Assembly (NCBI GenBank): GCA_003223935.1 | Contig: QHXQ01000039.1 | Location: 2,535 to 66,534 of the forward strand | DNA from: Acidobacteriota bacterium | GTDB taxonomy: Bacteria > Acidobacteriota > Blastocatellia > Pyrinomonadales > Pyrinomonadaceae | Length of the DNA stretch: 64,000 nucleotides | Direction of reading: 5' to 3' | Part shown: positions 1 to 8,354 of the stretch, piece after piece | Numbering within the stretch: the first letter of the stretch is position 1 | Layout of the letters: every line of letters begins with the position of its first letter | The notes under the pieces: generated by a model | What the model saw: the letters and a program-made list of their open reading frames with translations, nothing else | Told to the model about the DNA's origin: nothing | The model's database searches: none | Made by a program: the position numbers and the translations under genes

Positions 1-433
1 CCTCGATGCGGCGGGCCTTGACCTCTTCGCGTTTCTGGAGCACGACGCGCAGCACGCCGTTCTTGTACTCGGCAGTTGCGTTCTCAGCCGAGACCGTCTG
101 CGGCAACGTGAACGAGCGTGTGAACGAGCCATAGGCGCGTTCGACGCGGTGATAGTTGTCCGTCTCATCCTGCTTCTCGAAACGCCGTTCGCCGCGCAGG
201 GTGAGCACGTTGTTCTCGATGGTCAACTCGAAGTCTTCGCGGTTCATGCCCGGCAGTTCGGCTTCGAGCACGATCTGATCCTTGTTCTCGTAGATGTCCA
301 CGCTGGGCGTCCAAGCGCCGCGCATCAGCCCTTCGTCGTCGAAGGAGCGGGACAGATTGGAAGAGAACAGGCGGTTGACTTCATCTTGCAGCATCCGCAG
401 TTCGCGGAACGGGTCGTAACGTGTGATTGACAT
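1..433 (-). CDS. Hsp20/alpha-crystallin family small heat-shock protein (C-terminus cut by window edge)
   Basis: Not in the ORF track because it runs off the window edge. Reverse-strand ATG at 433..431. Hand translation gives MSITRYDPFRELRMLQDEVNRLF...AWTPSVDIYENKDQIVLEAELPGMNREDFELTIENNVLTLRGERRFE...YGSFTRSFTLPQ...AEYKNGVLRVVLQKRE, a classic alpha-crystallin domain. The listed + ORF 149..430 is its antisense shadow. Confidence 0.9.
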   Translation of the reverse strand, partial: MSITRYDPFRELRMLQDEVNRLFSSNLSRSFDDEGLMRGAWTPSVDIYENKDQIVLEAELPGMNREDFELTIENNVLTLRGERRFEKQDETDNYHRVERAYGSFTRSFTLPQTVSAENATAEYKNGVLRVVLQKREEVKARRIE

Positions 434-541
434 GACGTAGTTTCTCCTCTCAACAAAAATAGGGTCTTTTGTCGGACGCTCACGCCGACCACTGAAATCG
501 GGCCACGTTGCTGACGGCTTGTGGTAGCTGAGCGTAGTTGC

Positions 542-570
542 ATAATAAAGGTTGAGTGGATTTTTGTCAA
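542..570 (-). promoter_or_regulatory. Candidate sigma70-type promoter for the hsp20 gene
   Basis: The minus strand reads TTGACA (570..565), a 17-nt spacer, then TATTAT (547..542), about 100 nt upstream of the hsp20 ATG. A GAGGAG RBS sits just before the ATG. Motif match only. Confidence 0.35.
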
Positions 571-712
571 GTCATGAATTTAAACTGTTAAGTTGTTGTC
601 TCTGAGTGGGATTTGCTGGGGCGTTTGAGATGCGGCAAGGCGAAAATAGAAGCCAAGACGGCGTTCTCTGGGGCAGATTAGACTGGCTTGAGACAGGTCT
701 GAAGGCTGTGGT

Positions 713-2149
713 TTAGCCGAGACCGAAGAAGCGTCTGATCGCAGAGATCAACCCTTCGGACTCCTCTTCGACCGTCCGTGTGGCGGCCGTTGCGGCCAGC
801 GCCGCGCGTCGTTCAGCGATGATGTGGCTGAGCGATTCGACCAACTCAGGATTGGTCTTGAACAGTTGTTTCATCGCGCGATGGCCGATCTCCAAGACTT
901 CTGTCTCTTCGACGGCGACGACGCTGGCCGTGCGCGGCTCGCCCGTGAAGAGCGCCATCTCGCCGAAGAAGTTGCCCTCAGAGAGCGTGGCGACGGTGCG
1001 TTGTTCATAGCCATTGTTCGCATCCGCGATTCGCACCTCGACGCGCCCGTCATGGACGACGAACATCGAATCGGCCGCATCGCCTGCGCGTATGATCGTC
1101 TCGCCCGGCGCATAGATATGGCTCTCCGAGTCAGCCGCGAGGCGCGCAAGTTCTTCTGCCGTGAGTGGCGAGAAGATGTCCACAGCGGCGAGGCGATCCG
1201 TGAGACCATCAACGCCGGTTGTGCGCGTCGGCTTGGAGCGCTCGAAGTAGAGCGTCTGCGTCGGGAAAGGAAAGCCGAGACCGGCGCGGCGGAAGGCATA
1301 CCAGATGCGTTGGCGCACGAGTGCGTCGGTGTCGTTATGGCGTGCGTAGTCTTCGAGCCAATACTTGCACTCATAGTCCACGCCGCTTGCGCCCAAGTCG
1401 CGGATGCGGACGACGGGCGTGATGTCGCGCACGACGTTCTCAGTCTCGCGCACGGCCTCGCGCACAACGTGGATGACTTTCACGGGCGAGTCTGTGTAGA
1501 GCGCGCTGAAGAAAACGATGCGCGCGTTGTTGTTATCGCGCGGGCAGACTTCGACATACTCTTTGGCCGTCTGGCTGTTGCTCACCAGCACAATGTGATT
1601 CTGAAACGTCCTGAGCTTCACCGCGCGCCAAGTCACGCTCTCGACCACGCCCGTCCACTTGCCGACCGTGATCACGTCGCCCACCTCAAACGGCTTGTCC
1701 GCGTGCAGAGAGATACCGGCGAAGAGATTGCCGAGCGTGTCCTGCAAAGCGAGACCGAGGATGACGCCCAAGAGGGCCGAACCGGAGAGGAGCGGCCCCA
1801 ACGAGAGATCGAAATAGTATTTCAGCAGCGAGACGATGATGACGACATAGGCGATGATGGCGAAGATGTCGCGAATCAGGCGCGGCGCTTCCTGTCCTTT
1901 GCGCAGGCGGAAGACGAAGCTGAAGATGAAATGGCCGATGAGCCGGACGATGAGGAACATGAGGCTCAGCCAGAGTGCGATCTGCACGAAGAGCAGGACG
2001 CGCAGGTAAGCGGTCTTGGCCGCAGCGACCGGCAGCCAAAAATACTCGGCCAGCGTGAGCGGCTGCGGCGCGAAGGCGGCGAGCAGATAGATCACCAACA
2101 GACTGAGCGTCGTCGTGACAAGCGGGATGATTAACTGTCTGCGATTCAT
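713..2149 (-). CDS. Mechanosensitive ion channel (MscS family) with C-terminal cyclic-nucleotide-binding domain
   Basis: 478-aa ORF. The N-terminus has several hydrophobic helices. MscS beta-domain signature: GDVITVGKWTGVVESVTWRAVKLRTFQNHIVLVSNS. The C-terminal cNMP-binding fold carries FFGEMALFTGEPRTASVVA. Confidence 0.85.
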   Translation of the reverse strand: MNRRQLIIPLVTTTLSLLVIYLLAAFAPQPLTLAEYFWLPVAAAKTAYLRVLLFVQIALWLSLMFLIVRLIGHFIFSFVFRLRKGQEAPRLIRDIFAIIAYVVIIVSLLKYYFDLSLGPLLSGSALLGVILGLALQDTLGNLFAGISLHADKPFEVGDVITVGKWTGVVESVTWRAVKLRTFQNHIVLVSNSQTAKEYVEVCPRDNNNARIVFFSALYTDSPVKVIHVVREAVRETENVVRDITPVVRIRDLGASGVDYECKYWLEDYARHNDTDALVRQRIWYAFRRAGLGFPFPTQTLYFERSKPTRTTGVDGLTDRLAAVDIFSPLTAEELARLAADSESHIYAPGETIIRAGDAADSMFVVHDGRVEVRIADANNGYEQRTVATLSEGNFFGEMALFTGEPRTASVVAVEETEVLEIGHRAMKQLFKTNPELVESLSHIIAERRAALAATAATRTVEEESEGLISAIRRFFGLG

Positions 2150-2159
2150 GGATGCGGAC

Positions 2160-3470
2160 TCAACCGAAGAACGGCACGATGATTAAGAGCAGCGAGAGCG
2201 CCGAGATGATAATGACCGTTAGCCATGCGATCAAATTATAGACCGGGCCGTTGGCGCGCGCACCCATAAGTTTGCGGTCGCTGGCCAGTCGCGTGATGGC
2301 GACGAGCAGCACGGGCAGCAGTAGCCCGTTGATCAGTTGCGTGATGACCAGCACACGGATGAGCGGCAGCCCCGGCAAGATCGCGACGAGCGCGCCGACG
2401 GCGACCAGAAACGTGAAGATGCCCAAAAAGATCGGGGCTTCACGAAAACTGCGCGAGACGCCTTTCTCGAAGCCTAATGCTTCGCTGATCGAGTAAGCCG
2501 TCGCCAAAGGCAGCACACCGGCGGCGAGCATCGAAGCGCCGAGCAAGCCGATGGCGAATAACATCTCGGCATAACGGCCTGCGAGCGGCGCGAGTGCTTC
2601 GGCGGCTTGGGTCGCTGTGCTCAGTTCGCCTGTGAAGCCGTGCGCGTGCAGGGTCGCGGCGGTCGAGACGATGATGAAGAAGGCGATCAGGTTGGCGAAG
2701 AGTGTGCCCGTCCACACGTCTGCGCGCGTCATTGGATACTCCTCTTCGGTCACGCCTTTTTCGACGACGGACGATTGCACAAAGACCTGCATGTAAGGCG
2801 AGATGGTTGTGCCGATGAGCGCCATGACCATGAAGAGGTAGCGCGTCTCGAAACTGAAACTTGGGCGCACCAGCCAGTGCGCGACCTCGCCCCAATGCGG
2901 GCGCGCCATAAACGCCGACACGATGTAAGCGAGAAAGACGAACGACATGACGAGAAAGACGCGCTCGACACGCCGGTACGATCCCTTAACGACGAGCCAC
3001 CAAACGAGCAGCGCCGCCACAGGCACGGTCAGATATTTCGAGACGCCGAACAGTTCGCTTGCGGCGGCGATGCCGACGAATTCAGAGACGGTCACGCCGC
3101 CGTTGGCGACGAGGAGCGCGAGCATGACGAGCATCGTCCAACGCACGCCAAACTGTTCGCGGATCAGATCGGCCAAGCCCTTGCCCGTCACCACGCCCAT
3201 GCGCGCGCACATCTCTTGAATCAGACCGAGACTGATCGTGATCGGGATGAACGTCCACAGCAGTTGATAACCGTAAGCCGCGCCCGATGAAGCGAAGGTC
3301 GCAATGCCGCCCGCGTCGTTGCCTGCGTTGGCGGCGACCATGCCGGGGCCGATGATGGCTAGATACGCAAGGAGGCCCCGCCGCGTCGCCACCGTGCGCC
3401 GCACACGCCGCGCCCCGCGTCGCCACAGACGCCGCCCCGTCTCCCGCACATCTGCGCCCGTCTGCGCCAT
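2160..3470 (-). CDS. mntH: Nramp family divalent metal (Mn2+/Fe2+) transporter
   Basis: 436-aa polytopic membrane ORF. N-terminal Nramp signature: GPGMVAANAGNDAGGIATFASSGAAYGYQLLW. About 11 hydrophobic segments. Confidence 0.85.
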   Translation of the reverse strand: MAQTGADVRETGRRLWRRGARRVRRTVATRRGLLAYLAIIGPGMVAANAGNDAGGIATFASSGAAYGYQLLWTFIPITISLGLIQEMCARMGVVTGKGLADLIREQFGVRWTMLVMLALLVANGGVTVSEFVGIAAASELFGVSKYLTVPVAALLVWWLVVKGSYRRVERVFLVMSFVFLAYIVSAFMARPHWGEVAHWLVRPSFSFETRYLFMVMALIGTTISPYMQVFVQSSVVEKGVTEEEYPMTRADVWTGTLFANLIAFFIIVSTAATLHAHGFTGELSTATQAAEALAPLAGRYAEMLFAIGLLGASMLAAGVLPLATAYSISEALGFEKGVSRSFREAPIFLGIFTFLVAVGALVAILPGLPLIRVLVITQLINGLLLPVLLVAITRLASDRKLMGARANGPVYNLIAWLTVIIISALSLLLIIVPFFG

Positions 3471-3537
3471 CGGCTTGGGTCTCCGTCAGACATAAGAAGT
3501 TGAAATTTCGGAAATGATCTAAATGTCCAATTTTAAG

Positions 3538-4641
3538 CTATTGATAATATGGATTATCAATAGAGTAATGAAGATTTGTTTTAAGAATCCCCTCGCGTTC
3601 AAGAACCTGCCTGATCTCCTCGAACTTTGCGCTGATATTGCCTTTCGGAAATCGTATTTGCGAAATCCCCTGCACATTTGAAAACTCGGTACAACCTTCT
3701 TCTAATAAAATGATCGCACGCTCGAAGCCAAGCCTGCCCTGAAATAACCCAGCCTCATGAATAACATTTTCCCTAGCGTGTGTAGTTTGATCAGTGTGCT
3801 GATCTTCTCCGGTCATGACTAAAAAAGTAAATTTAGCGTTACTCAACTTTTCAGAGAGCACTTCTTTAGTACTTCGTCCGGCGACAGGTTCTCTATTAAA
3901 TTCATCCCATTCCAAGTGGAGGCGGTCGTGAAGAAAGTCTTTTAAGTCTTTCCAAACATGCGAGCGACCGTGACCAATAAAAATTTTGCCGTTTTCATTA
4001 GGTATGATTAATGAAGGGCTTTGCTTCTGCTGTAAATAAGCCGTCCTTTCTGTATAGGTGCAGGGTGCGTTAGGATCATAATCTTTCAGTGCCCGTCGTT
4101 CGACAAAGGGTCTAAGATCATCCTCGAAAAGAAAGTCGTCCATCCAAGAGGTAGCACTCAAAGTCCAATCTAGTCTATTACCGCTGACGTTCCCTAATTG
4201 GCTAAGTTCTAAAAGCTCGTTCAGCAGCTTTAATTTATCTTCAGATAAATTGAGCATCCTCGCTAACTCCTCACTGCGGATATTCATTCCTTTTAAATCT
4301 TGACCGGCATCGTATTTAGCTTGGAAGAGTTCAAGGCAGCGCACAAGAAGGTCTATACCGTCACGCCCGTCATCGGTAAGAAGTACGCCGAGGAATGTTA
4401 AGGCGTAGTAATGGTCTTGGTGCTCATAAATAATGCTGGCGTTAAGAGAGCGAAGAATTGCCAAAACATAATCTTTGCCTGACCTCCGAGATACTGTTAA
4501 ATCAGCAAACTTTCGGTAAAGTGCGGCTGTTGGCATCCACGACCAACGATCATCTTTTCTGATATGGTATTCCCATACTGCGTTCAAAGCTTCGCGCTGT
4601 GGGGCAGTAAGGCTTGCTCTGATCTCATTAACTGTAGTCAT
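3538..4641 (-). CDS. TIR-like domain protein (Cap12 / Pycsar-effector-type TIR, PF10137-like) with unassigned ~215-aa N-terminal domain
   Basis: 367-aa ORF filling a visibly AT-rich island. The C-terminal ~150 aa read KIFIGHGRSHVWKDLKDFL...FTFLVMTGEDQ...HARENVIHEAGLFQGRLGFERAIILLEEG...VQGISQIRF. This matches my memory of the PF10137 consensus (FIvHG...TpDD...RARQNVifElGyFiGkLGrerV...PSDisGv), including the candidate catalytic Glu (IHEAG). I do not recognise the N-terminal domain. AAGGA RBS upstream of the ATG at 4641. Confidence 0.7.
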   Translation of the reverse strand: MTTVNEIRASLTAPQREALNAVWEYHIRKDDRWSWMPTAALYRKFADLTVSRRSGKDYVLAILRSLNASIIYEHQDHYYALTFLGVLLTDDGRDGIDLLVRCLELFQAKYDAGQDLKGMNIRSEELARMLNLSEDKLKLLNELLELSQLGNVSGNRLDWTLSATSWMDDFLFEDDLRPFVERRALKDYDPNAPCTYTERTAYLQQKQSPSLIIPNENGKIFIGHGRSHVWKDLKDFLHDRLHLEWDEFNREPVAGRSTKEVLSEKLSNAKFTFLVMTGEDQHTDQTTHARENVIHEAGLFQGRLGFERAIILLEEGCTEFSNVQGISQIRFPKGNISAKFEEIRQVLEREGILKTNLHYSIDNPYYQ

Positions 4642-4682
4642 AATCTAAATCCTTTGAGCAATCTCATATCTGAAATTTGAGA

Positions 4683-5918
4683 TCAAAAGATTTTCGGCAA
4701 TCTCTGCCGCCAGCCTTTCGGCAATAGTAACTCCATCGCGTCGTCAACGGTGACGATGCCGGCGATGTCGCCTTCGTCGTCCACGACGGGCAGGGCGAGC
4801 AGGTTGTATTCGGCGATCTTTTGCGCGACCTCTTTGGCGGAATCGTCCGGGTGCGCCGCTTGAAACTCTTCGCGCATCACGGCGGCGAGCGGCGCGTCTG
4901 GATCGCCAAGAATCAGACTGCGCAGCGCGATCACGCCGTTCAATTTCCAAGAGCCTTCCTGTTCGACGACGTAGAGGTAATAGATCATGTTCGGCGTCTC
5001 AGCCATCTCGCGCAGGCGGGCGAGGGCTTCGCCGACCGTCAGATTCTTCGGCAGCGTGACGAACTCCGTCGTCATCAAGCCGCCGGCCGTGTCGTCTTCG
5101 TAAGGCAGTAGCTCGGCAACGTCTGCTTGCTCTTCGTCCTCCATGCGATTCAAGAGGTCTTCGGCCTTCGCTTCGGGCAGGTCGCCGAGCACGTCCGCCG
5201 CTTCGTCGGGCGACATCCATTCGAGTATGTCTGCGGCGCGCTCCTCGTCCATGTCGCCGATGATGCGCGCCTGACTCTCTTCGGGCATCTCCTCCAAAGT
5301 CTCTGCCGCCGTCTCGTCATCCAAAGCCGCGACAACCTCCGCGCCTTGATGAATTGACAAAGCCTCCGCGAGCCGCGCGATCTCGACCGGATGAAGGCGC
5401 GCGAGTTTGTCGCGTGAAGATTTCAAGCGGACGGTTGCCGCGTCGGTCGCCAAGTAACCAACGTCGGCCCAATCAATCACCTCGACAGGGTTGCGCGTGC
5501 CGGCGACGCCTGCGGGCGCGAGTCTGCGCCACAAGCCTTGCAGGCTCACGTCCGCGCCGGTCACGCGCCACTCGCCGCGCACTTCGATCAGTTGCACGTC
5601 GTTCACGCGCACGACGCGCTTGCCATCCACGTCAATCAACTGTTTGTCGAGCACATCACGTGCGAGCAAGACTTCGCCCTCGCGGCGGGCGAACGGACGC
5701 AGGTCGAGCGTGTCCGAGTTGAGTTGCGCGCCGCGCTTGTCCATGTGTGCGAGGCGCGCGCGCGGCAGATAGAAATCGCGGCGGGCGAAGCGCGCGACAA
5801 GCCCCGTCACCGGCGGATGATCTTCACCGAGACGCACGATGACATCCTTGATCGACGCGACGCGATCACCTTCAACGTCGCGCAAGGGCCGACCCAACAT
5901 CTGCGACAGATAGAGCAC
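4683..5918 (-). CDS. Soluble PRC-barrel / MgtE N-terminal domain / CBS-pair protein (no MgtE membrane domain)
   Basis: 411 aa. N-terminal PRC-barrel-like region: MLGRPLRDVEGDRVASIKDVIV. Acidic MgtE_N helical repeats: LAEALSIHQGAEVVAALDDETAAETLEEMPEE...DEAADVLGDLPEAKAEDLL. A CBS pair follows (GGLMTTEFVTLPKNLTVGEAL...LPVVDDEGDIAGIVTVDD). The ORF ends without hydrophobic helices. Confidence 0.75.
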   Translation of the reverse strand: MLYLSQMLGRPLRDVEGDRVASIKDVIVRLGEDHPPVTGLVARFARRDFYLPRARLAHMDKRGAQLNSDTLDLRPFARREGEVLLARDVLDKQLIDVDGKRVVRVNDVQLIEVRGEWRVTGADVSLQGLWRRLAPAGVAGTRNPVEVIDWADVGYLATDAATVRLKSSRDKLARLHPVEIARLAEALSIHQGAEVVAALDDETAAETLEEMPEESQARIIGDMDEERAADILEWMSPDEAADVLGDLPEAKAEDLLNRMEDEEQADVAELLPYEDDTAGGLMTTEFVTLPKNLTVGEALARLREMAETPNMIYYLYVVEQEGSWKLNGVIALRSLILGDPDAPLAAVMREEFQAAHPDDSAKEVAQKIAEYNLLALPVVDDEGDIAGIVTVDDAMELLLPKGWRQRLPKIF

Positions 5919-5991
5919 GAGAAGAATATAAAGGCAAAGCCGCGAAAGGTGAAAGCGTGTCGGCTCGAAAAGCGATCTCAGCGTGATTGAC

Positions 5992-7314
5992 TCAACGCGC
6001 TTGCAGTATGACGAGTGCGCGTGCGAGTGCTGGATCGCGGCCGTTGCTGAGATCGGCGCGCGTTGGCGTGATGGTTTCGTCGGGCGTGAGACCTGTGCCT
6101 TCGAGGCGTGTGCCGCCTGCGGTGTGGAAGTCTAATTCGCTGAGGTCGAGCGCGCCACCGTCGGGCAGCAGATGACGTTGACGCACGCCCAACACACAAC
6201 CGCAGGTCGCTTCACCGATGATGCGCGCGCGTGTGTGTTCGCGTAGTGCGGCGGCGAAGATTTCGGCGGCACTGGCGGTGCGCGCAGAGGTGAGCACGAC
6301 GAGCGGGCCATCGAAATGTGCGATCTCGTCGGCGGCTAAGAGCATCGTCGCGCGCGTCTGCGGCGTGGAGGTGATTTGACCTGCGCGGTCGTTGAAGCGG
6401 CCCAAGTTCGTGCCGGTTGGGAGAAAGGCGGAAGCGATGTCGGTCAACGCTTCGGCGTCGCCGCCGCCGTTGTCGCGTAGGTCTAGGATGAGACCGCGCG
6501 CGTGACGCAGGTTCGTGCGCAGGGCGCGCGACAGCGCAAGTGCAAGCTCTTGCGTGAACGTGTTGAAGTGAACGATTGCGAACGAGCCTGCGCGTTTGAT
6601 GTTGAGCGTGGGCGCGCGCTCAGCCCATGTGCGCCGGAGTTGCACGGTCTTCGTGCGGCCGCGCTCGTCTGCAAAGACGGCCGTAACGGACGTGTCGCGC
6701 GGGCCGTCGAACAGACGCGCAATGGCTTCGAGATGTGCCGCGCGCACGGTCGAACTACTGATGAACTCCGCGTTGCGCTGCGCAAGCAGTGAAGCGGCCG
6801 GCACATCATCAACCCTCAACAGCGCGTCACCTGCGCGCACGCCTCCTGCGCGGGCTGCATCGGAGTTGCGTTCGACGCGGGCGACGATGAGCGCGCCGTC
6901 AAGTTCGCGTAGAGAGACGCCGGCCGTCTGATAGCGCGTGTGCTGCCAGTCCGTATACTCGCCGGGCGCATAGACGCGCGTGTGGGCATCATGGAGCGGC
7001 GCGACGAGGCGGCGCAAGGTGGCGTAGAACTCAGCTTGCGTGTGCGCTGCGACCGCAACTGGTCGCAGTGCCGCGCCCCACGCCTGCCAGTCAACGCCGT
7101 GCAGCGACGGATCGTAGTAACGCTCGCGCACAGTCGCCCATACATCATCGAAAACGGCGAGCCGGCCCGCGCGCGTCTCCGTCGAGAGCGCAGCGTTAGT
7201 GTCGGCTCGCGTCGTTGTGTTCCACAGCGAGAGCAACCAGCACACGCAGAGCAACACGGACAGCAATAAGCTGCGTCGTGCAACTCGCTTCATATAATGC
7301 TTGCTGCGACTCAT
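5992..7314 (-). CDS. S41 family peptidase (C-terminal processing / tail-specific protease-like), secreted
   Basis: ORF 5992..7401. I place the start at the internal ATG 7314 (MSRSKHYMKRVARRSLLLSVLLCVCWLL, a signal peptide), with 7293 as an alternative. The first 29 codons overlap the upstream gene end and a palindromic repeat. S41 motifs: LILDLRDNGGGD and VVLTSARTASAAEIFAAALRE. Confidence 0.8.
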   Translation of the reverse strand: MSRSKHYMKRVARRSLLLSVLLCVCWLLSLWNTTTRADTNAALSTETRAGRLAVFDDVWATVRERYYDPSLHGVDWQAWGAALRPVAVAAHTQAEFYATLRRLVAPLHDAHTRVYAPGEYTDWQHTRYQTAGVSLRELDGALIVARVERNSDAARAGGVRAGDALLRVDDVPAASLLAQRNAEFISSSTVRAAHLEAIARLFDGPRDTSVTAVFADERGRTKTVQLRRTWAERAPTLNIKRAGSFAIVHFNTFTQELALALSRALRTNLRHARGLILDLRDNGGGDAEALTDIASAFLPTGTNLGRFNDRAGQITSTPQTRATMLLAADEIAHFDGPLVVLTSARTASAAEIFAAALREHTRARIIGEATCGCVLGVRQRHLLPDGGALDLSELDFHTAGGTRLEGTGLTPDETITPTRADLSNGRDPALARALVILQAR

Positions 7315-7379
7315 ATAACTTTTGCTTCGCTGCCGTTGCGTCTTTGCGCCTTTGCGTGAGGTAATTTCTTTCGTAAGCA

Positions 7380-8348
7380 TTAGCCGCACGCAAAGACGCA
7401 ATGGCGCAAAGCAGAACGCGAAGAGGTCGAGCTTTGTTTCTCCTTCGGCGGCTTGCGGAAGTTGTAACGCAGGAGCACGCGCATCGGGACGGGCGCGCCG
7501 TCGCGTTGCGCTGGAAAGAAGTGTAATTGGCGCACGGTGGCGAGCACAGACTCGTCCAAGCCGTAACCGGCCCAGCGCACGATTTCGACCTGCGCGACCT
7601 CGCCGCTCGCATCAATCTCAGCGAGCACATCAACCGTCGCGGCGATTTCCATGCGCGCGGCCGTCTCAGGATACTTCGGTTGCAAGCGACGATAGGGGCG
7701 CGGCGCGCGTAGGTGCGCGGCATCAGGGCCATCAGCCGCTGGCACGTCCGCGATGACCGGCGTGTCGCGCGCAAGCGCCGACAATTTCTCGTCCCGCTCG
7801 GCTGCACGTTTGGCGCGCAACAACTCGGCGTAGAGATTGATACGGCGGTCGAGTTCCGCGAGCATGAGTTGTTCCGCTTGCGTTGGGGTGGCAGCTTCGG
7901 CGCTCGGTTGCTCCCAAAGCAAGAGCCGGCCCGTGCGCGCGCTGATCAGAAAGAGTGAAGCGTAAGACTCGAAGTAGTCCACGTGTTCAGCTTTCGAGCG
8001 CTTGAGCGTCTGCGCTTCGCCCGTGATGAAGAAGTCGCAGCCGACGGCCGCGCCTAAGTCGCGCGCCTCTTCGAGCGACAGATTGAGCGAGCCTTTGTAG
8101 CCGATGCCGCGCGCCGCCGCGCGGGCCTGCGCGCGATTAACCACCGCGAAGTCTGCTTGCTTGGCGAACGATTGCGCTAACTGTTCGGCCGCATGCTCGG
8201 CCGTCTGCGTCTCGCCGAGAGCAAGTACGGCAAGCAGCGACGGGCGCGCAGCAGCGACGGGCGCACACGCAAAACATAAGAGCAGCAACGCGCCGATGCG
8301 CGGCAACAGGCGCAAGGCGAGGTTTGATTTCAACCGGCGCGATGGCAT
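7380..8348 (-). CDS. Secreted protein with C-terminal TonB-type domain
   Basis: 322 aa. Signal peptide: LLPRIGALLLLCFACAPVAA. C-terminal TonB_C-like segment: YPETAARMEIAATVDVLAEIDASGEVAQVEIVRWAGYGLDESVLATVRQLHFFPAQRDGAPVPMRVLLRYNF. Confidence 0.65.
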   Translation of the reverse strand: MPSRRLKSNLALRLLPRIGALLLLCFACAPVAAARPSLLAVLALGETQTAEHAAEQLAQSFAKQADFAVVNRAQARAAARGIGYKGSLNLSLEEARDLGAAVGCDFFITGEAQTLKRSKAEHVDYFESYASLFLISARTGRLLLWEQPSAEAATPTQAEQLMLAELDRRINLYAELLRAKRAAERDEKLSALARDTPVIADVPAADGPDAAHLRAPRPYRRLQPKYPETAARMEIAATVDVLAEIDASGEVAQVEIVRWAGYGLDESVLATVRQLHFFPAQRDGAPVPMRVLLRYNFRKPPKEKQSSTSSRSALRHCVFACG

Positions 8349-8354
8349 GAAATT

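Noticed and set aside
434-541. Possible RNA thermometer (ROSE/fourU) or CIRCE element in the hsp20 leader.
   Set aside because: I found no CIRCE inverted repeat (TTAGCACTC-N9-GAGTGCTAA) and no convincing anti-SD pairing by eye. It would need RNA folding to evaluate.
824-2134. 436-aa + strand ORF, together with many similar long ORFs antisense to confident genes: 12448..13260-, 21790..23007-, 27708..28706+, 31236..32579+, 32414..33775+, 39703..40908+, 50139..50945-, 52072..52632-, 52648..53505-, 58561..59607-, 62017..62652-.
   Set aside because: These are typical high-GC shadow ORFs. They lie exactly antisense to genes with clear family motifs, their translations are Arg/Asp/His/Ala-rich with no recognisable domains, and they lack RBS context.
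7315-7401. N-terminal 29 codons of the S41 peptidase ORF as given in the track.
   Set aside because: They overlap the stop region of the upstream TonB-C gene and a palindromic repeat (gcgtctttgcgcctttgcgtg / cacgcaaagacgca). The signal peptide begins only after the internal Met at 7314 or 7293.
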